From Macrostomum lignano (lineage: Eukaryota), in assembly GCA_002269645.1 (NCBI GenBank), contig NIVC01000581.1, positions 186,001 through 250,000 on the forward strand: a stretch of DNA of 64,000 nucleotides, read 5' to 3'. The notes beneath the pieces are model-generated. The model saw only the letters and a program-made list of their open reading frames with translations. It made no database searches and was not told the DNA's origin. Position 1 is the stretch's first letter, and each line of letters starts with the position of its first letter. Shown piece after piece: positions 35,864-49,491 of this stretch. The position numbers were made by a program, and so were the translations under genes.

Positions 35864-37315
35864 GGGATAGATGCCGTGGGATAGATGCCGTGGGATAGAT
35901 GCCGTGGGATAGATGCCGTGGGATAGATGCCGTGGGATAGATGCCGTGGGATAGATGCCGTGGGATAGATGCCGTGGGATAGATGCCGTGGGATAGATGC
36001 CGTGGGATAGATGCCGTGGGATAGATGCCGTGGGATAGATGCTGTGGGATAGATGCCGTGGGATAGATGCCGTGGGATAGATGCTGTGGGATAGATGCCG
36101 TGGGATAGATGCCGTGGGATAGATGCCGTGGGATAGATGCCGTGGGATAGATGCCGTGGGATAGATGCCGTGGGATAGATGCCGTGGGATAGATGCCGTG
36201 GGATAGATGCCGTGGGATAGATGCCGTGGGATAGATGCCGTGGGATAGATGCCGTGGGATAGATGCCGTGGGATAGATGCCGTGGGATAGATGCCGTGGG
36301 ATAGATGCCGTGGGATAGATGCCGTGGGATAGATGCCGTGGGATAGATGCCGTGGGATAGATGCCGTGGGATAGATGCCGTGGGATAGATGCCGTGGGAT
36401 AGATGCCGTGGGATAGATGCCGTGGGATAGATGCCGTGGGATAGATGCCGTGGGATAGATGCCGTGGGATAGATGCCGTGGGATAGATGCTGTGGGATAG
36501 ATGCCGTGGGATAGATGCCGTGGGATAGATGCCGTGGGATAGATGCCGTGGGATAGATGCCGTGGGATAGATGCCGTGGGATAGATGCCGTGGGATAGAT
36601 GCCGTGGGATAGATGCCGTGGGATAGATGCCGTGGGATAGATGCCGTGGGATAGATGCCGTGGGATAGATGCCGTGGGATAGATGCCGTGGGATAGATGC
36701 CGTGGGATAGATGCCGTGGGATAGATGCCGTGGGATAGATGCCGTGGGATAGATGCCGTGGGATAGATGCCGTGGGATAGATGCCGTGGGATAGATGCCG
36801 TGGGATAGATGCCGTGGGATAGATGCCGTGGGATAGATGCCGTGGGATAGATGCCGTGGGATAGATGCCGTGGGATAGATGCCGTGGGATAGATGCCGTG
36901 GGATAGATGCCGTGGGATAGATGCCGTGGGATAGATGCCGTGGGATAGATGCCGTGGGATAGATGCCGTGGGATAGATGCCGTGGGATAGATGCCGTGGG
37001 ATAGATGCCGTGGGATAGATGCCGTGGGATAGATGCCGTGGGATAGATGCCGTGGGATAGATGCCGTGGGATAGATGCCGTGGGATAGATGCCGTGGGAT
37101 AGATGCCGTGGGATAGATGCCGTGGGATAGATGCCGTGGGATAGATGCCGTGGGATAGATGCCGTGGGATAGATGCCGTGGGATAGATGCCGTGGGATAG
37201 ATGCCGTGGGATAGATGCCGTGGGATAGATGCCGTGGGATAGATGCTGTGGGATAGATGCCGTGGGATAGATGCCGTGGGATAGATGCCGTGGGATAGAT
37301 GCCGTGGGATAGATG
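35864..37315. repeat. 14-bp minisatellite (GGGATAGATGCCGT) x~103, nearly homogeneous
   Basis: Direct reading; only occasional C>T variants (GCTGT); explains the 537-aa minus-strand ORF. Confidence 0.98.
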
Positions 37316-38307
37316 TAGATTCCGTAGGATAGTTGCCGTATAATAGATGTCTTGGGGTAGGGGTGCCGTGCTATAGGAGCGCCATGGGATAGATGCCCCG
37401 TCTGTCCAACAGCCAGAGGCCCACATGGGAGGCGGTTGCACCAGCGCTAGGCCACCTATAGCCAAGAATGTTTCATCGCCTTCGGAAGGGAGCGACGGAA
37501 TCGGCTAATTTTGAAAACAAAAAAATAATTAACTAAGCAAAGTCGGATGTTTAAAGTGCCTTCAACACTTCTGCGGTCTCGCGCAGGCAAACACACTAAA
37601 AAACAAACATTCAAAAATTGCACCTGTTTAGTTATGAATTTTAGTTATATAGATTTAACTTGGGGTGGGTTAAGTAGAGCGAGAGAGGGGGTGGGTGGCT
37701 CATGTACATTAAAGATCGATGCATGCACTATGAAACAAGAGAAACTCCCTAAATTATAACGAACAAATGAAACTCCAGAACAGGGTCGGTTTTCAAAGCA
37801 AGTGTCCAGAGGTCCCTGCTGTGTTTGAATTGAATTCAGCTTCGGATAGTCATTCAGCTTCGGATTGGTAGAAAGTGAGGGCTGGTTTGACTACACAATT
37901 TCTGATCGCGAATCCACGCCTCTCTCTATTGGAGGGTAGCCCGACTAGAGCACCCCCCAAGTTTCCTGCCCCACTTGGACAGCCTTGCGAGATGAATATA
38001 CATACGAGCTGGTATCAAATAAAATCCCAGCAGGGCTCAGATCCAGTTAGCTAGGGCATGAATTGTGCTATTTTACAGCCTTACACCAAGATGAGTTGTG
38101 AGTGATCATTGCGCAGTGAATTGTGAAAGGCCGAACGAACTCCATTGGGAACTTGCCGGAAAAACAGCCTCCATTACTATTTCAAGTGCAATCCATCTTA
38201 TTAATTAAGCAATACGATGCTGCGCGCCTCTCTTTGCAAAGAGGCGCTTTGAGGTCATCAATCGAGTCAGCGAAACTGCAAATTAGCAGTCACATTTCTA
38301 AACTGCA

Positions 38308-39457
38308 ATGGCTCAGCAGATTAGGTTTTGCTACATCCGCTGCAAGAAATTTGCTCTAATTCGACGAGTCGCCAGTCTTTACGTGACAGTGGGCGCTACC
38401 TTAATATTTCTATTTTTCTGCCTGCATCAGAAGCACTTCAGTCAAAACAGTTTCGATTCGCAACCTGAGTACCAGTCCAATGAGGAGCTGCTTCCCCAGT
38501 CTCCGTTCGGCATCGCCAACAGCACTGATGCCGCCTTCAAGAAGCTGTACCTGCACGTGCTTGATCGCATGAACAGCTCGCTTTACGGGTTCGATAGGCC
38601 CGGCCGGCTGCTTCCCCTCATGCGGCTGTCAAGAGCCGAGAGGAGCCGCGCGTGTGGCAGCCACCGTGCGCAACGGCATGGCCGGTCTGCCGAGCTCCCT
38701 GCACAACATCCAGCGCCTGCGAGCCCTGTTCAACAGCTCCTGGCTGGTCTTGCTTGAGAACGACTCGACCGACTTGACTCGCGACTACTTGCACAATTTA
38801 ACACTTACTGACCCCACCGTGACGCTGCTGGGCTGCGGCCGGGTCAACTCCCCGCTGCCCTGCCGAGTCAAAATTCGCTACAGCAGCGGTCGCATACACA
38901 AGCCCGGCTACAAAATGAAGCGCAGCTTCACTGAAGAAGTCGAGCGCGGTCTGATAATGTCCGCCCTGCGCAACCAGTACCTGGACTACATATACAAACA
39001 CCTGGCTGATCAGGCATCGATGCTGCTCATAATCGACCCGGATATAAGTTGGATGGAGTGGGATCTGGACAATATAGCACAGGGTGTCTATTACTTCGCT
39101 GCGAAGCCCCAGCTGCAGCAGCTGTGCGCTCACACCACGTACAAAGGCAACATTTACGACCCATGCACGCTGAGCTTCCACCTGAACAAGCGCTTCGGTG
39201 AGGACACAAAGTACCCCGTGGTCAGCTATGAAAAGTCGCTTCGCGATGCACCCAACAACCTGCCGCCTGTAAAGGTGGAGAGCTGCTTCCAGGCTGTGTC
39301 GTTTTATCGCATGTCCGATCTGAGATCGCGCAGGCTGCTTTACGAGCGCAGTCCGGGCGAGTGGATTTGCGAGCACAACACTCTGTCCAGACAGCTGCAC
39401 GAAGTGTACATCGATCCTCAGATGAGGCTCCGTGTCAAGGACGAAAATACACCCTGA
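38308..39457 (+). CDS. Intronless type-II membrane GT-A glycosyltransferase (CAP59/GT69-like), interrupted by a single frameshift at ~38645-38656
   Basis: ORF 38308-38757 gives an N-terminal TM (LYVTVGATLIFLFFCL) and stem. The +1-frame ORF 38654-39457 gives ATVRN, VLLENDSTDLTRDYL, MSALRNQYL and the DxD motif LLIIDPD. Joined length ~383 aa. Confidence 0.7.
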
Positions 39458-41434
39458 ATGTATACACAAAGCATTGTTGAAGTGTATTCAACAATGTATT
39501 CAACAATAGCAAAGTTGAAGTGCAACTTTCAATTGCACAATTGAAAGTAGTGCAATTCAATCGCAAGCCTTAATCTTGCGCGTTTCTGTTAAATCGCATC
39601 TTGATCACTTCTCAGTTGCACATTCAGCATATTTTATTACCTGTACGATCGAGCTCGTACATGTAGTTATACATGTATGAAGTCAAAATAGACCAGTCAA
39701 AATAAAGTCAAAATAATTTTATTTTTTAGATACGAGCGTTTGTGTTTTTTGTTTTATATGGATAAAACAAATCAAAAGGGATATACTGTGGTTCAATATA
39801 GTAGTTAAAAAATCAATAGCCCCCATTCACAATTTTCTGGATCTGCACCTGCGACCGGACAGGCATGCAGTAATACTCGCACTCTCTAAAATTTGCATGC
39901 TACAGAGTATGGAGTCAGGAGTTAGGAACTCATTTTTGCTTTAAAAGCAATAAAAGCAATGTACAAGCTATTGCATGGTATGTATATAATGTACGTAACT
40001 GCAAGAAAGGTGCAAACAAATTCTGCACTGACCCATAATTACTGTATAACAGTATGACATGTGCCCCTTGTTATAGGTCATATTGACTCATTTAGCGTGA
40101 ATACTAATGGTTTCCCTGAGTACATTACATCTCGGCTTCCCTCCAAGTTTATTTCGAGAAATGGATAGCAAGAGTTTGGCAATTAATAAACGGCAAGTGT
40201 TCTGGCGAGAGTAAGGCAATGCAAGACCTTACTTCTGCCGCGCTGGGGAACGCCCATCTTGTTCCCGTCGATCCATCGAGCCTTCTAAGCATCTCAAAGG
40301 CTCCGTGTGTTTATAATCCAATCAAGAGTGGTCTTGACAACAGCAGCGAAGCACTTCAAGAGTCTCTCAAGCAGCTAAATGCTCCCTCGCTCAGCATGAC
40401 AAACTTGAAGCTGGTCAGCAGTCTGTGCGGAAACGTTGGGCAGCCCGAGTCCATGCTCAAAACGATTTGAGCAAAGGCTGAGAACTATTTAGTAAAAATT
40501 TAGTAAAATAATGCTATCAAGGAATTTTACCAGCTCAATGAAGGCATGATTGTTTTTAAGCAGATCAACGAAGCCCATCTTAGTTTTTTCCTATTTTTAT
40601 TACTTCGTTAATTTCCACAATGCCTTCTTAGTAAAAAGGAAACTCAACCAATTGATACTGATGGGTTTCGACCTTTCAGGCCCCTTGTTAGGGAAGCCTT
40701 CGGGCCTCAGGTCTCAGAAATAAATCAATTAGAGCCCTGGCCCCCCACTCCTGTCAGATGGTCAGCCCCATGGTAGCTTGATCGTGTGGCGAGCAGTCTA
40801 GGTCCTATAGCTAAGAGAGGGACAGCGAGAGACAAGCAGGGAGAATTTTGAAGGTAGAAATTAGTTAACCCGCAGACTAAGCTAACTCGCTGCCACCAGC
40901 CCGTGCGTCCTGGCTCACCACACCGGGACTCTCGAAATCGGGCTTCCGACTAGAAGGGGCTTTGCGCTTACCTGCCAACTAGTGTCTTTTTGCTGTCATC
41001 TCGAAGTCATAGCCGATGATAAGGGACACTGCTGGGACTAGATCGCATTGGCCATGCAGGTACAGAGGGGACTTGTGCAGGGGATTCTTGCAGTGGCGAG
41101 TCTATGGGGTAGCTACATGTACTATTACATTGCTAAATACAAAGATATGTACTTTTGGCCTTCAACGCGCCAACTAGCCTCTCATAGCGCTGATGATAGA
41201 CTAACTCGAACTTCAGAGACCGCATGATTCAGTACCCGAGCCGCTTGGCGAACCTGGAGTGCACAAAGTACATCTCTGGCGCCGATTCTGCACTTCTGGC
41301 AGTTTTGCTCACCGATTTGGTAGATTGATCGACTGAGAACTGCCTTGCCATTGGTCCACTGTGACTGGCGCCTACAAGCTTAGCTACTCATCTGAGCCAT
41401 CGGCGAACGAAGAAATAAAACCGATAAAAATAAC

Positions 41435-42122
41435 TGTTAGGTTTAACCTTCTCCTTAGATCACTTCACACTTCAGATTGAATTGGAGTTTAGAATACTAG
41501 CAGTATTATTGAATGACTTCTGCCTCAGCAACAGCACTACTGAACAAAATGAGCAAAAGTGTGCGCCTAATTCAGCTACTGAAACAGGGGACAGATAGGG
41601 GATCACCCAATCAAGCAAGTCTAGGTAGCCTCTTACCCAACCAATCAGAAACTCAACAGCCGGAGACCAGGTAATCCACAGTGACCGAATCGGCTTGATG
41701 CTCTGTAGCTGTAGACTCGGGATGATGTTGATACAATCTTCGCTAATAGCTAGCAGGTGATGATCTTCGCTTGATGTTCGCTGCTGACGACCGGGGGATT
41801 CGTCCTTGATGATGATGGGGGGAAGTCGCAATCCGGGGATCAAGAAACGACGGTCGCGCTCCGGGAACCAGAAGTTGCGTGCTGGACCCGAGCAAGAGTT
41901 AGTCCGAGCGGGCCAAAAACTCCGGTTTAAATAGCCGCCAACTGGACCGCAGTTTGTTATAACGGAACACGTCGATTCTGATTGGCTGAGCCGTTTTGTT
42001 AAAATGAGCGCCGAATTTTCTGATTGGCTAAGCTTGTTGCTACCCAGAATCACGTGACCGAGAGATCCTATCAGTTCCCACAGGGTCGTAAAAAGATGAC
42101 AGGTGCGGCCATAAATCACTCA
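41435..42122 (-). promoter_or_regulatory. LTR-like segment with two CCAAT boxes and a TATA box (possible solo or 5' LTR)
   Basis: Minus strand: CCAATCAG twice (42023-42027, 41981-41985), TATTTAAA (41926-41933), ends in ...CTAACA; no TSD or second copy found. Confidence 0.35.
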
Positions 42123-45015
42123 AAATCGCAACAAAATGATTTATGACTTTTCGCGTAGGATTGACAGAAATTAATGAAAAAATATACATTAGAAAGCTCT
42201 TATTAAATAGAAAGTGAAGATAATGAAGAGAAATTGCTAATCGCTAATCCCAAAGTACTTTTAGGGGTAAAACGCATAGCTGTCAAAGCTGTCACACGCT
42301 TGAGTGAATCCGAACAATAGGCTCTGACCTCATAAATCTTGATGGCCTGTCAAAATGATGAGAAAAAAGCTACCGCCCGCATCCTCTCAGACCATCTGGC
42401 GCCCGTCTCAACACTGAGTGAGGCGCAGGTGGCTGTCAGACCAACTTCGGAAGCGATGATTTACGACCCAAAAAGCTACGCCTATGTTATTATGACTACT
42501 AGTATGGCCAGACATTATATCTAGTATAGATTCTATGACAATTTGCAGAAAAAAGATAAAAATGCCCCTTGCCCACTGTTAGTAGGCAAGTAAGTTTAGA
42601 GCCCATGTGCTAGCGCGGGATTTGGGAAAAAGTGCGTCCTCATCAATATACTCTAAATGAAATGGTTAAATATCTACCGTATGTGAATGACAATCAAAAA
42701 CCGCATTGTAACGCAATTTTACACATGTACACCATGTTACATGTACATAAAACCAAGTAGCCAAAGATTTTTTGAAAAAAAATTGTAAATATTTGTCATT
42801 GATGATGATTCTAGGTCACATGCTGTTCCTGGACTTGCAAAGTAGTTTGTAACGATCGACTAGTAACGCAGACATTACTTTGTTTTAGTCAAAACGATAA
42901 TGCAGCGAACTTGATGCATTTGCTGGAGTAGAAAGTACGTACGCATGATGTACGTATGAGCGGGGCGCACGCTTGGCATGGTGAGCAGGGCACAAAGTGA
43001 GTCAAAGTTAAATAGTTAGCCAGCCAATAGTCAGCGACAACTCCCAACACGTCAGATTAAAAAATCGTTCAGCCTAAAGATCTTTTCTAATTTCCGGTAC
43101 TGACAATTTGTTAAAGAGTCAGTTATTAACAAACAATGTTAACAAACAAAGCAAACTTACGTCTTATATAAATCATATTAGCTCATTTTCTTGCAGTTTA
43201 TTGTTGTTATTTTTATTATGATTTATATGCGTATAAACGATTAGCTAACCGCAATGTAATTTTTTCATGATTTTTTACATTTGTGGCAGTCGGGTTGCCA
43301 CGTATAGGAATTCGTAATTATTTTTTCGTTCATTTTACTAATTTTTTTTGGAAATTAATTATGTGCCCCAACTCCCGGAAATTTCGCGTAATTTTGTCAA
43401 TGGTTGTTATTTCGTCATTTTTTCCACAGGTTGTCCTCTCGTCCCAATTTTTGTTCCTCCCATCTGTCCCACCTTTGAAGCGATGTTTTCACCACTCTTG
43501 TTTGTTTTCTTTCCGGTTTATTTTCCGCGCTACCGCCTCTGCCCAACCTTGTGCCCACTCCCTTTGCCCAACCCGCTGCATGCCCAGCTGCCCGTCCAAG
43601 TTTCGCCCCTGTTGTTGATTATTTTTGCTATCTATTTATTTTGCACGTTTCAAACGCTACTGCAAAAGCGGCCCCCGGACCGACTGACTGGCTGACCAAG
43701 GCCCCTTAGTAATATATTTTTCAAGGCGTACGAGTCGCATCTTAATCTCGTAGTGCACCGCGGCTCTGTTCGAGGAATTATATCCGTCGTACCTAACTAA
43801 CTTTTACCTGCCTGCTAAACTATAATCTTCTATAACGATAATATTCAGTTAATCAATAATAATAATAATAATAGTAATCGATAATACTGCTTCATAACTA
43901 ATTCATTTAAGCCTATAGCCTATCTTGAGTTATTTGCCCACGGGGCGTAAAACAAACCAAGTTCTCATCTCAAAGAAGCTCTGAGACATAATCGTTCCGT
44001 AATACGAGAATTACGGTGGTGGCAGCCAGCACTACCCTACCCTACTGAAAGTAACACGTTCAACTCATCGACGCATTAATTTACGGAGTCAGAATCTCCT
44101 GTGTTTCTACAACTGAACGACCGTGCCGCTCTACCACCGCTCCGCTACGATCACAACTACCCTCCCCCCGGACTTGAGAACCCGGCTGTCGGAGTAAAAA
44201 GAGAAGAAATTCGTTGGGATTCGTCTGCGCTAGTTTTCCGGCTTTATTCGTGCTTCAACAACGCCGGCGGCAATTCAAACGAGGAATCCGCCCCACCTCA
44301 TTGGTGTCAGCAAATTTTCAAAAGCAACAGTTCCAAGAAAATTCTTCTCCACCCCCACCTCACATTATTGTGTATTATGGACTTTCAATGATAGGACGGG
44401 CGCGCGCGTGCGGCAGTTTCGACCAGGACATCAGCAGGCGCCCTATTTGATTTGAATATTAACTTACTCAGTGAATGGACATGTAGGTCGTACTCGTAGT
44501 TCGTCGGTCGTCGTAAAGGCTCGTTTTCACCACCATCAAATAATGCCGAATTTCGTGTGACTGTGACGTGTGAGGTGGGATCACAACTTGTACTGTACAT
44601 TGTAGTTTGTACTACTGTCACTGTGTTATACAACAAAATTGATTCAAATTTAAACAAAATTTGAACAAATTTACCGAAATGGTCATTTTTTGTTACCATT
44701 TTTGTTACCAAACGGCAATTACCAAAGTGGATTGTATTCGGTACTACACTACTAAGCATTGGGAGAGGCAATGTAGACAAAATCTGCCATATGGCTAAAT
44801 ATACTGTAGTACAAAAGTATTATAGGCAAACCTTAATAGGCCTAAGAAAAAAACTTGTTGGGCAATTTGTTCTTAGGCAATTCACTCTTGGACAAAATAC
44901 ATTCCAAGTACTATAGGCTATAGTTTCTATTTTAAATAATAATATAGGGCTAGGCCCTACTATCCCTATTGCAGCTTATGACCATTATCATAGATAGTTT
45001 TTCATTATCATAGAT

Positions 45016-46505
45016 GACTTAGCTTGACTTAGCAGCAGGGGGCTCCGTGCGTCCGGAAACAGTGAGGAGGCGTTGCCGCCCATTTCGCTAACCCCTGGCG
45101 ACCACGGGCAGCTAGTGCTGCGGTGTCGCGCAGGGAGTTCCGGTGGCGCCGGCGTCCGCAGCGCGGTCCCCCTCTGGAGAGTCCAGGAGGTGGATTGTCG
45201 CTCGCCCGGTAGCCCTTAGGTAGCGGACAAGCTGGCAGAGATTCTCGGGCCTGAAAACGTCGGAGAGGTCCGGGTTTGGGCCGAGGTAGGTGAGCCTGTC
45301 CTGAGTAAAGGCGGGGCATTCACAGATGAAGTGCTCCGCATTCTTGACACCGGAGAGGCAGAAAGGGCATTCCTCACTGCGGATTTTCTCCTGGAGGTAA
45401 CGATGCCTGGCAAAGCAGCCATGACCCGAGAGGGCCATGGTAACCGCCCTGATGTCCCTGCGGTTGAGTCCAAGCAGGGCCCTGCGTAGGGCGGGGGAGG
45501 GACAGGGGACAGCCACGCGGGATTGCCGGCAGTCGGGGGCGTTAGCCCACCTCTCCCTGTGCTTAGAAGCCACCCACTGGTTGATCCGAGTGGTGACAAT
45601 GGCGATGGGGGTAGGGGCCACGGGCAGGGGACCAGTAAAAGAACCCGTTGAGCCAGCCTTGGCCAGACGATCAGCCAGCTCGTTGCCGGGGTGGCCCGAA
45701 TGCCCAGGGATCCACCTTAGGAACACCTTGTTGGAGGCACCTAAGTGGTTGAGCTGCCCGATGCAGTCGAGGACTATACGCGAGCAGGTGGTAGTGCGCT
45801 CAAGGGCGTGAATCGCTGCTTGACTGTCCAAGTGGAGGGTAATTTCCTTCCCCCAGACGCGCTGATTGTACAGCTCCATGGCGCAGGAACTGATGGCGAG
45901 AACTTTGTTCTGGAAGACGGTGGAGCAGATGCCGGTGTGTTGGGAGAAGGTCGCCACAGTTCTCCCTCCAGACACGATGCAGTAGCCGTATCTAGAGGCG
46001 GAGTTGATTTGGGACCTGTCAGTGAAGCAGTGGATTTCATGGGGTTTCCAGTTGTCTCTCGCTTCATGGCATGGTGGAATGCTGGTTTTGAATTTGAGCG
46101 GGGGGCAGAGTGTGGACGGGATTCCATCCGAGAGGGTCAGCAAGCCTCTCGCTGCTTCCAGGTCTTGCAGGCTGAGGTCGCCATGCGGCTGGAGGTTCCG
46201 CTTTCTGAAGGCAAACTGCTTCTGGATTTGGACACCCGCGTCAAGCAGACGACGGGTGGTTTTCATAGCCTCCCCTCTAACAAAGAGGTCGAGGGGGGGA
46301 ATGTCCAAGAAGGAGTTCATGCCAGCGAAGGGCGTTGAGGGAGCCGCGCTCATGATAGCTCGACAAGCGCGGCCTTGCACCTTATTTAAAACCTCAAGAA
46401 CCCCTTTTACCTCTAGGGCACTGTTCCAAATGAAGCCGGCGAAGGAGATGGCCGGTCTAACAATGGCAGTGTAAATCCACCAGAGGCGGCGGGGGGTGAG
46501 GCCCC
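45016..46505 (-). mobile_element. 5'-truncated non-LTR retrotransposon (LOA/R1 group): RT C-terminus + RNase H + CCHC finger
   Basis: [17 protein letters not shown]; [22 protein letters not shown]; RNase H FTD / FQNK (E>K) / DSQAA / WIPGHSG..GNELAD; [28 protein letters not shown] at 45003-45015 and 46506-46518. Confidence 0.92.
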
Positions 46506-47472
46506 CATTATCATAGATAGTGCTAATAATAAATAATTTATGATTGATAATAGGCCTAATATAATAGGATAATATAATGTCTATAAAATGAATTCTTTAT
46601 GGCCCAGATTATTATATAGTATATCTAGGCCCTAATAAATGCTAAGTAGGGGTAGCAAAAGGCATTTTACCAATTATAATAAATTATACTTAAGTATTAT
46701 GTATTCTAAAACAAGTATATTTTATTTCTTTAACATAAAATAGCTAGATATCTAGCTAGACCAACATAGATAAGCCTAATGCTACTAAACAAAATCCCAA
46801 TTATGCATAACTATTATTTGAAGCAACTAAACATTTTTCTAGTTTAGGGCCTATTTAAGCTAACAAATTTTCTATGTTATAATAGGTTATTTACATTCTT
46901 AGAAATAAGAAAATCTACCTAAATTTGTTTAACTCAATTTAAATAAGAAATTATTCTGCAAAAAACTGTATCAATGCTATTACTTTAGATATGATCTGAA
47001 GATTTTTTGAAAATGGTTGGAATAGAAAGGTATTAATTTAAGATGAATAAAGTCAATGGGAATAGGGAAGCCACCTAGCATTTGCTACTATCAAATAATG
47101 CTAGATTACAAAGAAGGCACAATCAAGTTGATATGCATTGAATGTCATAAATGCATTTTGTAGAAAACTTCATAGTTGCATCCTTATAACTATAATAGCT
47201 AATTGTGAGAGGTCTTAATGCTTGACATTAATGGCAAACTGCAACCATAGAAAAAATTATAAGATGTTATAGAAAGTTTACTAGATAGAATATAGATATA
47301 GATAGGCTATGGGAAAAATGCAGATATGATATACATATAGATATGTCTACAGACATGGATATGGAAAAATGGTTATAGCAGAACTTGACTAAACAACCAG
47401 TTAATCAAGGACTATATAGCTATTAGCATTTTACCAATATATGACATTGTATAACACTAATAGTATAATATA

Positions 47473-48780
47473 CAAGGGTTATATCATAAGTTCACTGACA
47501 AATGTAACTATTAAACAAGTAAAAAAACAAGAACTTATATAATCAGTGTCACACTTCTCAACATAGTCACCCCGGAGCTGAACACATTTGTGCTATCTAT
47601 CTGGTAGCTTGCTGATGCCCTAAGCAAAGAATTCTCTTGGGACACTTTGCAATCACTGATTGATTACAGAGCCAAGAGCAGAAAGGCTTCTATAGCAGTG
47701 ACCATGAAGTGGCTCTTTCATTTTAGGAAACAACCAGTAGTCACTAGGGGCCAGGTCAGGAGAATTGGCAGGGTGAGGCAGAAGCTCAAAGCCTAGTCTC
47801 TTAATAGTGTCCAGAGTTGCATTGCAGGTATATGGCCTGGCATTGTCATGCTGCAGCACTATGCCTCTAGTGATCATTCCATTGTGCTCACTCTTGATCT
47901 TTTCATGCAGCCACTGTATGATTTCATAGTAATATTGGGCATTGATGGTTCTTTCTTACAGTAGCCATTCAATTAGCAAGATGCCTTCTTTGTCCCAAAA
48001 GACTGCTGCCATGCACTTCCCAGTAGACTGTATAGTCTTGGCCTTGACAGGTAGGGCTTCATCATGTGCCTTCCTTATGCTACTCTGCTGCATGGTCTCT
48101 AGTTCGTAGTAGTGAAACAATGATTCATTACTAGTCACTAGGTGACCAAGAAAGTTGGGCTCGTTTTGATAAGCATTTAGAAGTTGGTTGTAGATATGGA
48201 CCCTCTCTTGCAGCTAGGCCAGTGTCAGGAGTTTGGGGACCCATTGAGCAATAACTCATGTCATATTGAGATGACCAGCAATGATAGGATAAATGCTCTT
48301 CATGGTTATCTCCAGAAAGTCTTCAAGTTGCTGAAGGGTCATGCAATGATCATCATTCAGGGCATGCAGCACCTGCTACATAGACATAGACGTAGATGTA
48401 TATGGAGCACTTGAGTAAAGAGCATCATCTACAGTCTCCCAGCCAGCCTCAAAGCATGGGACCTACTTTGACAGTTTGTTTGAAAGGTGCATCTTCGTCA
48501 AATATCTGTTTCATTTTGTGAAAGATGTTGGCCTGCTTCTTTTTTTGTTTCCACAGGGACCAAATGATGGTATGCTTTGAAAATTCACTTCTATCCATGG
48601 TGGCTTAAGAGGGTGGTATGAAAGATACAGGATTTTCTGTCTTATATTAAAGCTAGAAAAAAGATTTCTCATAGACATAACTGTCATGAGCCCTAGAGCC
48701 CTAGACTAAAATATCAACTCAAATAAAGAAACAGGAAAAAACTAGTAAAATTTGTCAGTGGATTTATGACACAACCCTCA
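47473..48780 (-). mobile_element. Full-length decayed mariner (DD34D) transposon, 1308 bp
   Basis: ~31-bp TIRs (47473-47503 / 48750-48780) with TA TSDs. Fragments VTSNE(<TGDE)..VFWDKEG, LQHDNARP, HPANSPDLAPSDY; multiple stops and frameshifts. Confidence 0.92.
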
Positions 48781-49491
48781 TATATTAAAAAGTTTTTGAG
48801 CATCAAACTAAAATAAAAATATTTAGTTAAATGTCTTTGAAAAGAACTGTTCTTAGTTTTTAATAGAATTGGAAATATGCTTCAATCAAGCTAGCAAATT
48901 AAGGTAAAAGGTAAAAGTGCAAAACTTTCTGCATTATTCAAGTTTTTATTGGTTTTTCTCAGCCTAAAAGTTATTTAAATTAAATATCTACTTTTTATAC
49001 CCCAATATTTATTTAATTAAGCTTAGTAGAGGAAGGAATAATATAGAAATACTTAATCAATGTACTTATAAGTCATGTCAAGTATCAGATTATTTCTAAA
49101 TTGCATATTAAAATATTGTTATCTTAAATTTACCTAATATGTTGCCCTTGCATCTATAATATGTGGCTAAATAAATGATAAATCATTCAACTTTATACTT
49201 AAAGGAATAATATGAGAGTGCATTGAATTCAGTGTTGATCTTGAACAATCAAAATGGCAATATTTTAGATATAATAAAAACTTTCAATATTTGACAGATT
49301 GATTCCTTTATTGTGGCCCCATTAAAGCAAAAAGTTTAAATTCTGATAAATTATCTCTAGGCTACATGTTGATTTCCTTTAAAAATATAAGTCGAAGATT
49401 TTCTATCAACCAGTACCTGAGATGCAAAGTTGCCAAAGAAACCTGGAATCTGCAGACCAGCCCCTCAATCCATCGCCATCCAGCAGCCTTC

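Noticed and set aside
35852-37465. 537-aa ORF (HLSHGIYPTASIPR)n
   Set aside because: Translation of the 14-bp tandem repeat.
40100-40470. Minus-strand GLGLPN-containing fragment resembling a non-LTR RT C-terminus
   Set aside because: Single short motif with several stops; insufficient evidence.
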